Shown here piece by piece: positions 1 through 11,322 of a stretch of 64,000 bases of DNA. The first letter of the stretch is position 1; each line of letters opens with the position of its first letter. The translations under genes were made by a program, and so were the position numbers. The DNA is from Harriotta raleighana (taxonomy: Eukaryota), in contig JBNZDD010013687.1 of assembly GCA_050575255.1 (NCBI GenBank), positions 1,929,487-1,993,486 on the forward strand, read 5' to 3'. The notes below the pieces were generated by a model. The model had not been told where the DNA came from and searched no databases. It saw only the letters and a program-made list of their open reading frames with translations.

Positions 1-192
1 TGCTTCAAATCCATAATAACTCAATCATGAAATAAAAAAGAAAGATAGGTTTATGTTTTGTGTGTGACCCTTCATTTGTTTTTGCAATGATAAATATTTC
101 CTGTATTGAAGGCACTTTTTGCTATTTTGATAAGGTGAATACTCTGCTAACTGATGCACTCTGTAATTATGATCTTTTAATATTTTCTGCAG

Positions 193-286
193 TGATTCCT
201 CGGAAATAGTTATCCATTCAGCTGACGCATTCGCACCTGTTGGGTATCTTAGATTTTTGAGTGTACATCTGGAGAATAAACCTAAC
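193..286 (+). CDS. DPH6: DPH6 coding exon, end of the diphthine--ammonia ligase (ATP-binding) domain
   Basis: Acceptor ttttctgcag|193 and donor AAC|gtgagt at 287. Translates DSSEIVIHSADAFAPVGYLRFLSVHLENKPN, recognisable as the vertebrate DPH6 segment DSSEVVIHSADAFAPVAYLRF. Phase 2 in, phase 0 out. Confidence 0.95.
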
Positions 287-339
287 GTGAGTTACTATTT
301 AATCATTTATTTGGTAAATTTGAAGTGCATAATTGACTT

Positions 340-646
340 CCTATCAACCTGCTTGCCCCCTCTGTTCAGCGGGCTCCAGTCTGCTCCATGTTTACCGTCC
401 TTTCAGCCTCTCTGCCTCCACGCTCTGGAACTCCATCCCACAGTCCTTTCGCCTCACTTGCCTCCTTCAAGGCCAGTCTCAAGACCTTCCTGTTCGATCG
501 TGTCTTCTGTCGCCCTCCCACCTCTCTCCCCCCAGTCCACTATGCTGCCCTTCCCCCTTTCTCGGGTCCTGACCCCTGATTGTTCAGCGTCTTGGGACAT
601 TCTCCAGACATGAAAGGAGCTCATAAATGTAATTTAGTTGTTGTTG
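340..646 (+). mobile_element. L2-clade LINE 3' fragment
   Basis: Decayed ORF2 end (LWNS.P...FK..LKTFLF) followed by tail gcgtcttgggac...ataaatgtaatttagttgttgttg. Confidence 0.8.
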
Positions 647-919
647 ATGTGTATGTATCATGTACTTGCAACACAGCTTACACTTAAATACAGTGGAACG
701 CTGATAATCCGAAAGCTGGCAACTCCCTAAAACAGTCACTGTTTCAAAATATTACATTTAAATTTACAATTAATTTATTTTTAAGTACTGACACTTATTT
801 CTTCATATATTTATATATTTTTAGACATAAATCATGTTAAGTAACACATAAAAACGATATCAGGTAAATAAAACAACATTGGTAAAATTGTTGCAATGTT
901 AGACGAGGCTAGGTTTCCA

Positions 920-1295
920 TATAAAACCTCATTTATCCGTGACTCGATGAACCAGTTCAACCGCTATCTCAAAAAAAATCCAGATTCGATTAACCGGAAG
1001 TTATTCAGCAGAATAGTGAAGATGCATTTAATGAATGGATTGTTGCACGCGAGTACTGGTGCAGTTCTATCGGCAGCCGCTAGTTGAGCCTAAAGTCGGG
1101 CTACTGACGTTTTTTAAAAACTTGCGATACTACCGTTTTTTGAAAAAAGTGCCGTTTTCCCGTTTTTTTTCCTCCTTTGGCAGCCATGGTGGAAGTTATG
1201 TATAAATAATATAGTACTAATACAATATTCTGTTATTGTAGTATCTGTTATTGGTATATTTAGTCTATTATTTATATAGTATTGTTCAACATTTA

Positions 1296-1326
<31 letters not shown>

Positions 1327-1599
1327 ATTCTCACTCTTTAAATCCAGCCTATTCAATCAATTTAAAATACCTCACAAAAATGCTTCACAGTAATCGACCG
1401 TGCTTTCCCCTCACTGAGGATTAGCGGCATGTAGATGGCAGCTTCCTGTGTTTGCACAGGGTGGGAGCTGGTAATCTGTTACTACTGTGTTAAAATAATT
1501 TTTAATTCAAAAAATGTTTTTCAATTTTTTTTAAACCGGAAAACCGTTTAACCGCTATTGGCCAGGTCCCGTGGGTGCCGGATAAACAGGGTTTTACTG
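920..1599. mobile_element. Non-autonomous pogo/Tigger-like DNA transposon (MITE)
   Basis: Ends ...ccggataaacagggttttactg+TA, with left end taaaacctcatttatccgtgac. The body is a diverged reverse complement of 51613-52212. Possibly nested in an older TA-cagt...actg-TA element at about 691-1716. Confidence 0.75.
1299..1326. repeat. (GT)n microsatellite inside the MITE
   Basis: Directly visible run of gt dinucleotides. Confidence 0.95.
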
Positions 1600-1778
1600 T
1601 ACTGGCAAACTTCAGTATCCAGGAGGTAATTGGTATCCACTGTGCCAGATTATTGACGTCCCACCTGCATGATTTTCATATAGGTTGAATATCTCAGTGC
1701 TTATTGAACCTACTGTATAATATGTATCGGGCGGTATGTTTAATATTAACAGGTAGATAGTTTTGGGAGCAAAAATTA

Positions 1779-2140
1779 CACATAGAAACATAGAATTTTC
1801 TCCCCAGAAAAGGGAAGGAGCATTCAGATATCACATCTGTGGTAACAACTGAACCAGACTTTCAAAATTTCTCTTCCTTCATTATTTTCACGAAAGATTT
1901 TTCTCCCCATATCCCTAATATTTATAGTGCTCAATTGTCCATTTTGCTCATCTTTTGAACAATTTTGCCTTGATCCAAGCTCAACAGCCACCTGTATTCC
2001 AAATGTATTCCATAATGTATTCCAAACCCCTTAAGTGAAGAAATTTGGTCTCCTTTCTCACCTAATTTTTCAGCTCATAACCCTCATAACCCTGCTTGTC
2101 ACCAATTCCACAGTAAAAATGATTTTCTTTGTCTACATTC
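1779..2140 (-). mobile_element. Degenerate CR1-like LINE 3' end
   Basis: Begins catagaaacatagaa, the reverse-strand CR1 terminal repeat, followed by decayed 3' sequence resembling 32400-32810. Confidence 0.45.
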
Positions 2141-2439
2141 AAAAGAAAAATTAGATTTTTAAACAAAAAACTTTTAAACTCATTTGGTCTAATGCATCAT
2201 ACTTGACTTGCATGGTATACATTATATGAAGCTAACTGGCTTTGGTAAAATGTTATTGCAAAAAAAATCTAATTATCATAAGACTAGACTTCTCCAAAGG
2301 CAAGCTACTCACCCATCTTTTGCCCAGGTATAGATTCTAAGAGTGAAAAGGGCTGTTTGTTGTGGTGGTCATACAAGTTTCTTACAGAGAGAGAACCTGA
2401 GGCTTTTTGTGGAGCATTAATAGGCAGAGAGGACTCGGG

Positions 2440-2713
2440 AAAGGTCCTAATTTCAGGACTCAGCTGAGACCTTTCTTTTCGACCGCGCCTTTGGTCATCT
2501 TTTTCCCCCTCCCCCAGCTCGGGCCCGGGATCTGTTATTGTGAAGCGCTCTGAGACGCTGTCCCGCAATGCATTTATATGTGTTGTGTTAACTTAAAAAT
2601 TTATCCATATTCTGAACAGAAACAACCAGCAGTTTTCCTCAATCAAAGTACAATATACTGTAGGCTGTACAATATACTGGAGGGTACTATATAAATCGAA
2701 GTTGTTGTTGTTG
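2440..2713 (+). mobile_element. L2-type 3' tail interrupted by a local templated copy
   Basis: ttcgaccgcgcctttggtca...gtgaagcgctctgagacg, then about 100 bp duplicated from 2867-2965, then tactatataaatcgaagttgttgttgttg. Confidence 0.65.
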
Positions 2714-3083
2714 AGAGGAGTATGTATTGGATCACAATTCAATAACTAAGATCACCCTTGATAAATGAAGAGAAATCATTAAGATTCATATTGGTCAGAT
2801 TATCAAGCCCATTGACCTCAGCTAACAATATAAAGGAAGAAGGGAATCTAAAATTATTTACTGCCACAATGCATTTACATGTGTTGTGTTAACTTAAAAA
2901 TGTATCTATATTGTGAACAGAAACAACCAGCATTTTTCCTCAATCAAAGTACAATGTACTGGAGGCTGCCATTCTATGGGGAACATCACTAGAGAATTCT
3001 CCTTTAAGCAAATAGTGCCTTGATCTTCCCTAGTTCTGTTTTAAGATGCTACACTTGAAATTGCACCCTCTGTTCTCCCCCCA

Positions 3084-3358
3084 CCCCCACCTCATCCGCC
3101 CTCCTGTTTGACCTGTTTGAGTGGAAACATCTTTTAGAAACCTAGAAAGGGAGCTACATAAATGCGAGTTGTTGTTGTTGTTGGTGGTTTCCAGAAGAGC
3201 AACCCTTCTCCAGTTGTGTCCNCCCCCACCTCATCCGCCCTCCTGTTTGACCTGTTTGAGTGGAAACATCTTAGAAACCTAGAAAGGGAGCTACATAAAT
3301 GCGAGTTGTTGTTGTTGGTGGTGGTTTCCAGAAGAGCAACCCTTCTCCAGTTGTGTCC
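3084..3358. repeat. Tandem duplication of about 137 bp joined by a single N (probable assembly artefact)
   Basis: Two copies flank N3222 and differ by small indels (catcttttag vs catcttag, and gtt count). Confidence 0.85.
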
Positions 3359-3637
3359 CTGGAGATTACACACACAGAAAGCTTAGCATTTACATTCAGT
3401 CTAATCCTTGCTTAGGGACTTGCTTCTTTAACTAGCTGTTCTCTGGATCACTTCTGCAGCTCTAAAGGAAAAGGATGTTTGTCTGTTACCATCATGCTTC
3501 ATAAGAAAACATTTGTATGCCTGTAATGTATCTATTGCGCACAAATAGATATTTGTCTATCACATATTTTGAAAAACTATAATAATTTTAAATATGCCGC
3601 CCAAAGTAAAGTTGTAACATCTACTTTAGGAATAAAT

Positions 3638-3677
3638 ATCCTAAGCAGTCAACATGCTTAGGTTGACTGCTTAGGAT
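3638..3677. repeat. Perfect 16-bp inverted repeat with 8-nt loop
   Basis: atcctaagcagtcaac (3638-3653) and gttgactgcttaggat (3662-3677). Confidence 0.95.
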
Positions 3678-3839
3678 CTGAGCAGTCAATTGATGTTCCA
3701 GGAGCCTTTGGCATCCGATACACTAACACATTTTGCTTTTAATTAATCTGTTGTCACTTTTGAAAATGCTGATTTTGACTCTTGATGCTGCCTATTATCT
3801 TACCCAAGTGGCTATCCTTGATGTGTAAGGCTTAACAGT

Positions 3840-4110
3840 TGAGTGCCAACAGGCTATTTAAGGTTGGGAGTGGGCCAAGTCCAATCCTGCACTTATCCGA
3901 CATCCACATGCATGTGGGAATTACCAGATATCATTCAGGAGCAGAAACCCTGCCTGTTTTCAACCCCTCTTCCCCTTTGCCCCAGGGCAATGAGGCACAA
4001 TTGTAGTGCCCAATTGCTTCCTCAGCTGAATTCTGTTAACTCACTACAGGCCAGGATTTGAATTTAAAAACTTTGTGGTTTGTATGGTTCAGTCTTACAA
4101 TGGGTAGTGC
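3840..4110 (-). mobile_element. Old tRNA-derived SINE-like fragment (second family)
   Basis: cccagggcaatgaggcacaattgtagtgcc...gctgaa...ggatttgaa with a reverse B-box-like motif. A related decayed segment occurs at about 11560-11645. Confidence 0.4.
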
Positions 4111-4655
4111 CACGTTTTTTGTTTGAATTGTATCTGCAAGCAGTAAGTTGCACACTTCATTAAGTTGTTCATTCTATGTTATAAAAATTAAATTAGTTGT
4201 CAATTTTTCAAACAAAACTTAATCAGACTGCCACTCATCTAAAATCCATCACTTTGAGATTTCTATTAAACTCTTGAGAAATGCTCAGATCAAGAAGTGA
4301 GTGCCCAGTATTTTTTTTTAGACAGTTTCAACCTTTCATTGAGTACACAATGTCCTTGTTCCTTGGAGAAAATCACACGCTCTTACTTTATCAGTTGTAG
4401 AATTGCTATGTATTCTTTCAAAATCAAGGATTATTATTAATTTGTTTCTACCAAAAATGTAGATTTTGTACTGCAGTTGTGATGATTCATACAAATGTTA
4501 TAATAATAATAATAACATATTAATAATAATATGTTAGGTCAAGAATACACAATAAAAGTGAAATTGATTATGCTTTGTTGGGAATATTTGTCTAGGTCAA
4601 GCTGTTTTCCTGTTGTGGTCAATGCACGTTTAGTTTCAACATCCTCAATAGACTT

Positions 4656-4988
4656 GTGGAGCTCCTGTGGCTCAGTGGTTAGAGCATTCGCCTTACATGC
4701 CTTAAAAGCATGAGACCTGTGTTCAAATCCAGGCAGATCAGGGCGAAACCTTGGGCAAGTTTCCTTACTCCACATGCCTAATAATAATCCCTCCAAAAAA
4801 ACTACAATAATAAAATTGGTCATTTCAATCTATGACTGTTTGTGGGACCCTGCTGTGCGCAATTGGCTGCCGCGTTCCGCCCACAAATATACAGTCAGTT
4901 CACTTTACAGTATATTCTGTGAAGCGCTTTGGGATGTTGATAAGATGTGAAAAGCACTATATCAAATGCAAGGATTATTATTATTACT
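4656..4988 (+). mobile_element. Full-length tRNA-derived SINE with Deu-like body and L2-type tail
   Basis: A-box tggctcagtggtt, B-box gttcaaatcc, body tgtgggaccctgctgtgcgcaattggctgcc, tail gtgaagcgctttgggatg...aatgcaaggattattatt. Many copies in the window. Confidence 0.92.
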
Positions 4989-5070
4989 TAGGAAACAAAA
5001 TGGTGCTTTTCAGTAAATTAGTGTAGGCTATGTTGCTGTCAATCAATGTCTTACAGTTTTTGTTTCTTTC

Positions 5071-5430
5071 GTGGAGCTTGTAGCGTATTCATTAGAGCAC
5101 TCACCTTACAAGCAAGAGAACCTGGGTTTGATTCCCAGGGAGGGCGAAACCTTATGCAAGTTTTGTTAATCCACATTCATCGCTAGCAGTAAAGCAGGAA
5201 CCCAGTTGTCAATTGGCAGATTGCTTTTCTGGGGGGTAATAATCCCTTCAAAATACAGTAAATAAATAAATAATAAAAATTTGTTGCCTCAATCATGACT
5301 GCTTGTGGGACTCTGCTGTGTACCATTGGCTGCCATAAATTACACAGTAAATTAATTTTACAGTATATTCTGTGAAGCACTTTGAAACATCTCGAAGACA
5401 TGATAAGGCACTATATTAAATTCAAGGTTT
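5071..5430 (+). mobile_element. SINE copy, longer variant
   Basis: Same head and tail as 4656-4988 with an extra central segment at about 5180-5235. Confidence 0.85.
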
Positions 5431-8400
5431 TTTTCTGTTTTAAATGAGCAAAAATAATTAGGCAATTTAATTTAAAACATGAAAACTGTCACAAAGAAAA
5501 ATGTTATGCATGCAGATAGAGCACGTTGAGTTATTTGGAAGAGAATAGAAAAGAAGATTCTATCAGTTTGCACTGTTTATAACGTGTTTTCGGATAGCAT
5601 GGTGTGTTGTAGTTCCAGCACCCTTTACCACATAGCCTTGCACTAATATGATGTGATGCCAAAATTAGTTGTGCTATCATTGGGAGTAATCCTGACACTT
5701 TCACAGTGGAAGGAAAGTTATACCATGTTGTTTTCGCACATTTCCCAATGGGAGTCATGAGTGGTGTTGATGGAGTCGTAAGAGCGGTTACCCAACCGTG
5801 CATGTTTTGATCAGGAATGGTCATACAGCACAGTCTCAGATAGGGAGGGGGTGGGGTGTGAGTGGTGAAAAGAAAGTACGCTTGATTTGCTAACATTCTT
5901 TTATGGATAACAGTCATGGTAAGGTTTAAGTGGAGTTTAGCGGATGCTTTTGTTGGTAACATTGGGATTGAAGCTGAACAAACAGTAACATTCAAGAATG
6001 GTAGATGTTGCCATTGGAATAATTTTAAAACTAATGTTTTTAAATAAGAAACTTGCTTCCTTGTGCTAAGTGGAATTGTGACATACCTTTCGGGTAATTC
6101 CTACAACTATCTAGTAGCGTAAAGACTGGCATGAATATATCCAAAATAATGATTAGGTGTTGCTGGAGCCTTGACATCTTGTATTCAAAGTACTGCGATA
6201 TTAATTGGGAGGAGGTCTGTTATGAAAACTGCCACAAAAAGAAGAGGTGGCAGAAATGTGCTCAAGAGCCCTTCTCAATAATGTTTTCAGTATTTCCCGT
6301 TTCTTCTGAAAATAGGTGTCTGTTCCAGTGCCCCTTCCTTGCTGCAACTGTTATGTTGCTACTGCCTATTCATCTTTGTGACAATTCAGCACGTAATTAA
6401 AAATAAACCACTAACTGCAAGTCAGGCTGAAGGACCGATGGGAGTACGGAACAAGGTCACCATTAGATCACAGTGGAAGGTTCTGGTAGCAATTACTTTG
6501 TGTTACTGTGTGCCAGTGCAAACATGAAAGAATAAATGGCTCTCTTAAATGCAGAATGCCTCAGAGATCATCCCACAAACTCCTGTCAACAAATGTGTTA
6601 AAAGTCGAAATATTTCTCACAATTTCCCTCGGTGTCATCCTCCCTTTGCTCCTCAAGAGCCAAAACCCCAGCAAAATACCACAAAATTGGAAGGTTTAAA
6701 AAGGAAAACAATTGAAGTTTCTTCGGCATCTATTTCTAGCAGCAAATTTTTACCTCAATTATTTGTAATCCTTGCCTGTAACACATGAATTGTAATTTGG
6801 GACATGTTCATGTCGCTACCCGCAACCAGGCTTCTATTCCAAAGCGAGAAATTTCTTACTCGGGTCTGGTTTAATGTCAAGCCCTTATCAACATCAGCTC
6901 AGTCAGTCATGTGATATCTTTACTATAGTGTAGCCATTTCAGTTTTACCTATTCAATTTTGTTGCTGTGTTTAGGAAACACCTGCCAGACCAGAATATAA
7001 AATAGTTAATATTGATTAAATTCAGTTTTTCTTTGAATGAAATGTCCCCATTTAAATTAACTTCATATTCTAATTTGGATTGGTGTTCAGTTGCGTGCTG
7101 ATTCTCATGTGATTGACTACAGTAAGAGCTAAAATATGAAGAGATAATTCAATCACATCTTCTTTGCATCCTGAAATCTGATCCACTGAATTAGGTGAAA
7201 TGGCAAATGCTCAGCAAGACCTGGAGTTGTGAGGGAGGTGGTGGGGCGGGGTAGAGCTCAGCAGGACCTGGGGAGGGTGGATGCTTTAAAACCATCTGCA
7301 AAAGACTAGCATAATGAACGTATTGTTTTCAATGATGTGAAGTGTAAGCTCTTTGGGGAAATTCTTGTGCCTATGTAACCCAGCATGCCCAAACATTTAA
7401 TTAGATATACACATGGGTGGGATTTCACTTGAGATAGTTTTATCATAACATTTGAAAGATGTCTGAAGGACTATCGGATCCTGTTTTTCTTTAGCATCCC
7501 TAATTGGAGGTGAGTGCCAGCAGAGCAAGATGGTATTTTTTCATTGTTCTTCTCGGTTGACAAATGCCTGCTTTCTGCTTGAGGATTCCACGTGTCAGCA
7601 CAACCAACCGAGATTGATAACTCACCATGTTGGAAATCAACATGGTGAGTTATGAACTTGTAGCAGTGCACATCAGAGCATCATCCTGCTTTCTGCGCTG
7701 CTGTTTCACCTGTCTGGCGATAATGCCTTATTGCCAGAAGATCAGTTTAAAATTTCTCTTTGACACCAACACAGCATTTGTGTCTAGTGAAAGACATCTT
7801 GATGCGCTCGAGTGTTCATTAAAAATGCAATTACACATTGGTCATGAGTACAGAATCTGTATTTGGCAAAATGCACCCTATCCTCCAACACACTTCTTGT
7901 ACTAATTCTTTTTAATGCAAAATTAATGTTGGTACAGTATAGAGAGTTCATGGAGTACTTCAGATGAGCAGATTCTCCTGAGAGGATAATAATGCAAGTC
8001 TTTAATGTTTGCAGTTTTGTTGCTCAGCATGCAGCCCAAACTGGAAGCTGATTAGATGAGGTGAGAAATGCGATTCTATGGCAAGGGCTCCGTTAATACT
8101 GCGCTGTCCAATTATGGTTTTCCACCAATAATTTGATACTTCATAAAGAGTAATGCAATCTCAAGTTGCATATTTTATCAACATGTTCACTCACATACCA
8201 GAACAACATTCCTTGGTATCAATATTTAAATCTAGAGATTTTTCTTTTAAAGTTCTTACGACAGCTAAAGAAATCAGACTTTTTCTCATGGGAGTTACAG
8301 TCACTGCATTTATGCATTCAAAATTAAAATATTTTCTGCTCACTGCAATAACCCTTCTATTTTGTATGTGCTTCGACTCTAGGCAAGTTTCTCATTTTTC

Positions 8401-8829
8401 CAAGATTCTCATTTGCAAATCTTCATGGCGTTTTTTATAACCAGACTACAGCATGTAATTTGTTTTAAAATACTTTCTAAAGTCTTTTTAAAAACTATTG
8501 TTATATGTATAACCCGCTTAATGCTTTATGATAATGCCCCAGTCTATTTTAATTATTGTGTTCTATTATCAATCAATCAATCAAAATCAAATTTCTATTA
8601 GATTAAATGTGTAAATTACAAACACAATCATGAGGAAATAAGGTCTTAAAAATATAGCATGTGATTTAGAAGGATGAATGATTGCATGAAGTACATCAGT
8701 TCTCCATTTCACCAGTTACACAATCCTGTATACTGCAATCAATTACAATATAAGACATTTTACTGAGAAAATGTAGTCTGTGACAGATTTCAGCTACTTT
8801 GCCTCATCCACTGAAACTTCATCTCAGGG

Positions 8830-9008
8830 TCCCTCCACCTCATCTCCTCCCTTCCCTCCTTTAAGACTCATCTCAAGATCCTCCTCTTCGACAGTCCCTT
8901 TGATCACTCTCCTCCATCCTGACACCCAGCTCAGGTCAGAAACACTGATTGTCCAGTCCCTTGGGACTCCTCCCAACGTGAAAGGCGCTACACAAATGTA
9001 ATTTTGTA
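8830..9008 (+). mobile_element. L2 3' fragment
   Basis: tttaagactcatctcaagatcctcctcttcgac...cttgggac...gtgaaaggcgctacacaaatgtaattttg. Confidence 0.75.
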
Positions 9009-9076
9009 AATGTTTATTCTGCATTTGTTCATTGGTAGAGCTTTTTTGAAACTGAAATATTTATTCTATACAGCAG

Positions 9077-9221
9077 GTGACTGTAGGCATATCAAATAGT
9101 AAACTGGATTCTTGCTCATTTTGCTGTGATATGGAGGACAATGTACAGACTGAACTTTGTGGAGAGCATTCAAATCTACAGGTCTTGTGGAATCCAACCT
9201 CTCATAGTCCATCTGAACCTG
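9077..9221 (+). CDS. DPH6: DPH6 long-form linker exon
   Basis: Acceptor ttattctatacagcag (NAGNAG, start 9074 or 9077) and donor G|gtatgt at 9222. Open frame VTVGISNSKLDSCSFCCDMEDNVQ...SPSEP. Phase 0 to 1 is exactly what bridges the neighbouring exons. Confidence 0.78.
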
Positions 9222-9383
9222 GTATGTTTGAGACTGAACAAATGACACTGTGTGCTGATTAGTCATGGACATTTTGGGGATACAATAACAAAATTACATT
9301 GATAGAGTGCCTTTTACGTTGGGAGGACGTAAAATACTCTGGGATAAAATACTCTTTGAAGTTGTATTACAAATAGTTCTTTT

Positions 9384-9686
9384 TGGAGTCCTGTAACTCA
9401 GTCGTTACAAACGTGAGATCTGTGTTCGAAACCAGGCAGGGAGAAACCTTGGGCAAATTTCCTTACTCCACACGCCTAATAATAATCCCTCAAAAAAAAC
9501 AATAATAAATTGGTCATTTCAATCGATAACTATTTGTGGGACACTGCTGTGCGCAATTGGCCCCTGCGTTTCGCCCACAATTATACAGTCAATTCACTTC
9601 ACAGTATATTCCGTGAAGCAATTTGAGACGACTAGAAGACGTGGAAAGTGCTGTATAAAATGCAAGCATGATTATTATTATTTATT
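9384..9686 (+). mobile_element. tRNA-derived SINE copy
   Basis: Head ggagtcctgtaactcagt...gttcgaaacc, shared body, tail aatgcaagcatgattattatt. Confidence 0.9.
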
Positions 9687-10092
9687 CCATTCCTCTAGAG
9701 GAATTCTAAAATTTAATTCATAATCTTTATCTCTGACTGGTCACAAACACTAAGACCTGTTTGTAATGCAAAATATCAGCTCAGTTGGTAGCACGAGATC
9801 CCTGACTCAAGTGCTCCAGGATGCTACCCCGCATGAAGTGCACTATATAAATGCATGTTGTTGCTATGGGTGCAAGACCCACCTTGGGACTGTTAATAAC
9901 TGCATTAATATAATTTACACGGAATACAAAATTACAAATGCTTTCCAAATTGGGAACACGTCCCAAGGTGCTGAACAGTCAGGTGTTAGGACCCAGCCAA
10001 TGGGGTAGTCAGAGGTGGTGGCCGAAGGCATGGCCTTGATCCTTTCTTAATGTTTTCATATTGTGTTATTTATTTTTATTTTTCTCTTTCAG

Positions 10093-10224
10093 AGGAGATA
10101 AATCATTGGTCTGGGAAGACAAAAAGTGGATACCAATGGATTAGTGCCATTCATGGGGCTTTTTCTCCTGCAGATGGGAAGAACGTTGATAATGTGACAA
10201 ATGAAGCACTTTTCCATTTGCGGG
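10093..10224 (+). CDS. DPH6: DPH6 exon, start of first Rid/YjgF-like domain
   Basis: Long polypyrimidine tract ...tttctctttcag|. Translates EEINHWSGKTKSGYQWISAIHGAF...EALFHLR. Donor G|gtattt at 10225; 132 nt, phase 1-1. Confidence 0.85.
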
Positions 10225-10415
10225 GTATTTTGTTAGACTTCTTTATTTAGGAAGCATTTTTATCCTGCGCCAAGGAAATGGAGTATAACTTCCACTCAAT
10301 GTAAAAAATGTTATAATTACTTGTCACTTCAGTAACATGAGGCCTTTGACACAGTTTGCTCTCAGTGCTGTGCATCATTACAAGCAGGGTGCGGGAATGA
10401 TTTGGAAAATACTGT

Positions 10416-10673
10416 AGCACTTAGGGCTATGGGGTAATGTGGAAAACATTGTCATTATCTGCAAAACAAAACAAAAAAAGGTTCTCTGCTCCTTTCTATC
10501 AAACAATCTTGACAATGGTAAATATAATAGAATATCTTGAACAAAGCACTTAGGGCTATGGGGTAATGTGGAAAACATTGTCATTATCTGCAAAACAAAA
10601 CAAAAAAAGGTTCTCTGCTCCTTTCTATCAAACAATCTTGACAATGGTAAATATAATAGAATATCTTGAACAA
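10416..10673. repeat. Perfect 129-bp tandem duplication
   Basis: Unit agcacttagggctatgggg...aatatcttgaacaa starts at 10416 and again at 10545. Confidence 0.92.
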
Positions 10674-10821
10674 AGTGTATGGTGCATTGCCCTTGTCTTT
10701 TATAATACACTGTAGATGAAGATCATTCTAATCGCGTTCAGGGATATGAGGCAAAAATGCTACTAGTCTCTTAAAAGATTGCTAGGTTGACTTTCATGGT
10801 ATTCCAGTTTTATAAAATAAA

Positions 10822-10980
10822 GAATATGACTATAAATAAATTTTATACTTCTACCATTTTCATGCTTGAAACGTTTAGAATTTCCTTTAAAATGACCAAC
10901 NGAATATGACTATAAATAAATTTTATACTTCTACCATTTTCATGCTTGAAATGTTTAGAATTTCCTTTAAAATGACCAAC
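10822..10980. repeat. 79-bp tandem duplication joined by a single N (probable assembly artefact)
   Basis: Copies 10822-10900 and 10902-10980 flank N10901 and differ by one substitution (acg vs atg). Confidence 0.9.
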
Positions 10981-10984
10981 TACA

Positions 10985-11293
10985 AATTACAATTGTATAC
11001 AAATTACAAGTGATTTCACATCAGAAGGATGTCCAAAGGTGCTGGACATTCAGGAACTTGGACCCAAGCAGAGTGTTCGGATCGGATGGGGGTAACGGGC
11101 AGCAGGCAGAGAGGGTAGAAGTAGGAGGGAAACCGAAGGTATGGTCGAAGAGGAGGTTCTTGAGATGTGCCTCGAAGGAGGCAAGGGATGGAGTAAGGAG
11201 AAAGGACTAGGATGGAGTCCAAAAGGATGGGGCTAGAGAGACTGATGGACAGACCACTGGTGGAGTGGGCGGGTTGGGGACATGGAGCAGACC
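10985..11293 (-). mobile_element. L2 3' fragment abutting an exon acceptor
   Basis: Reverse-strand L2 tail (aaattacaagtgatttcacatcagaaggatgtccaaaggtgctg) and purine-rich reverse ORF2 end, stopping about 30 nt upstream of exon 11323. Confidence 0.75.
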
Positions 11294-11322
11294 GTAAAAT
11301 TATGTACTTTTTTCTTTTGTAG

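Noticed and set aside
3084-3358. Tandem duplication as a real biological event (also 10822-10980)
   Set aside because: The copies are joined by a single N and differ by allele-like changes, typical of unmerged contig overlaps.
4656-4735. tRNA-like sequences with A and B boxes (also 9384, 12668, 31984, 36210-36286, 39860-39930, 40824)
   Set aside because: Each continues into the same SINE body and tail and differs in the anticodon region. They are SINE heads, not tRNA genes.
10378-10710. 110-aa minus-strand ORF with an internal repeat
   Set aside because: A by-product of the 129-bp (43-codon) tandem duplication with no coding features.
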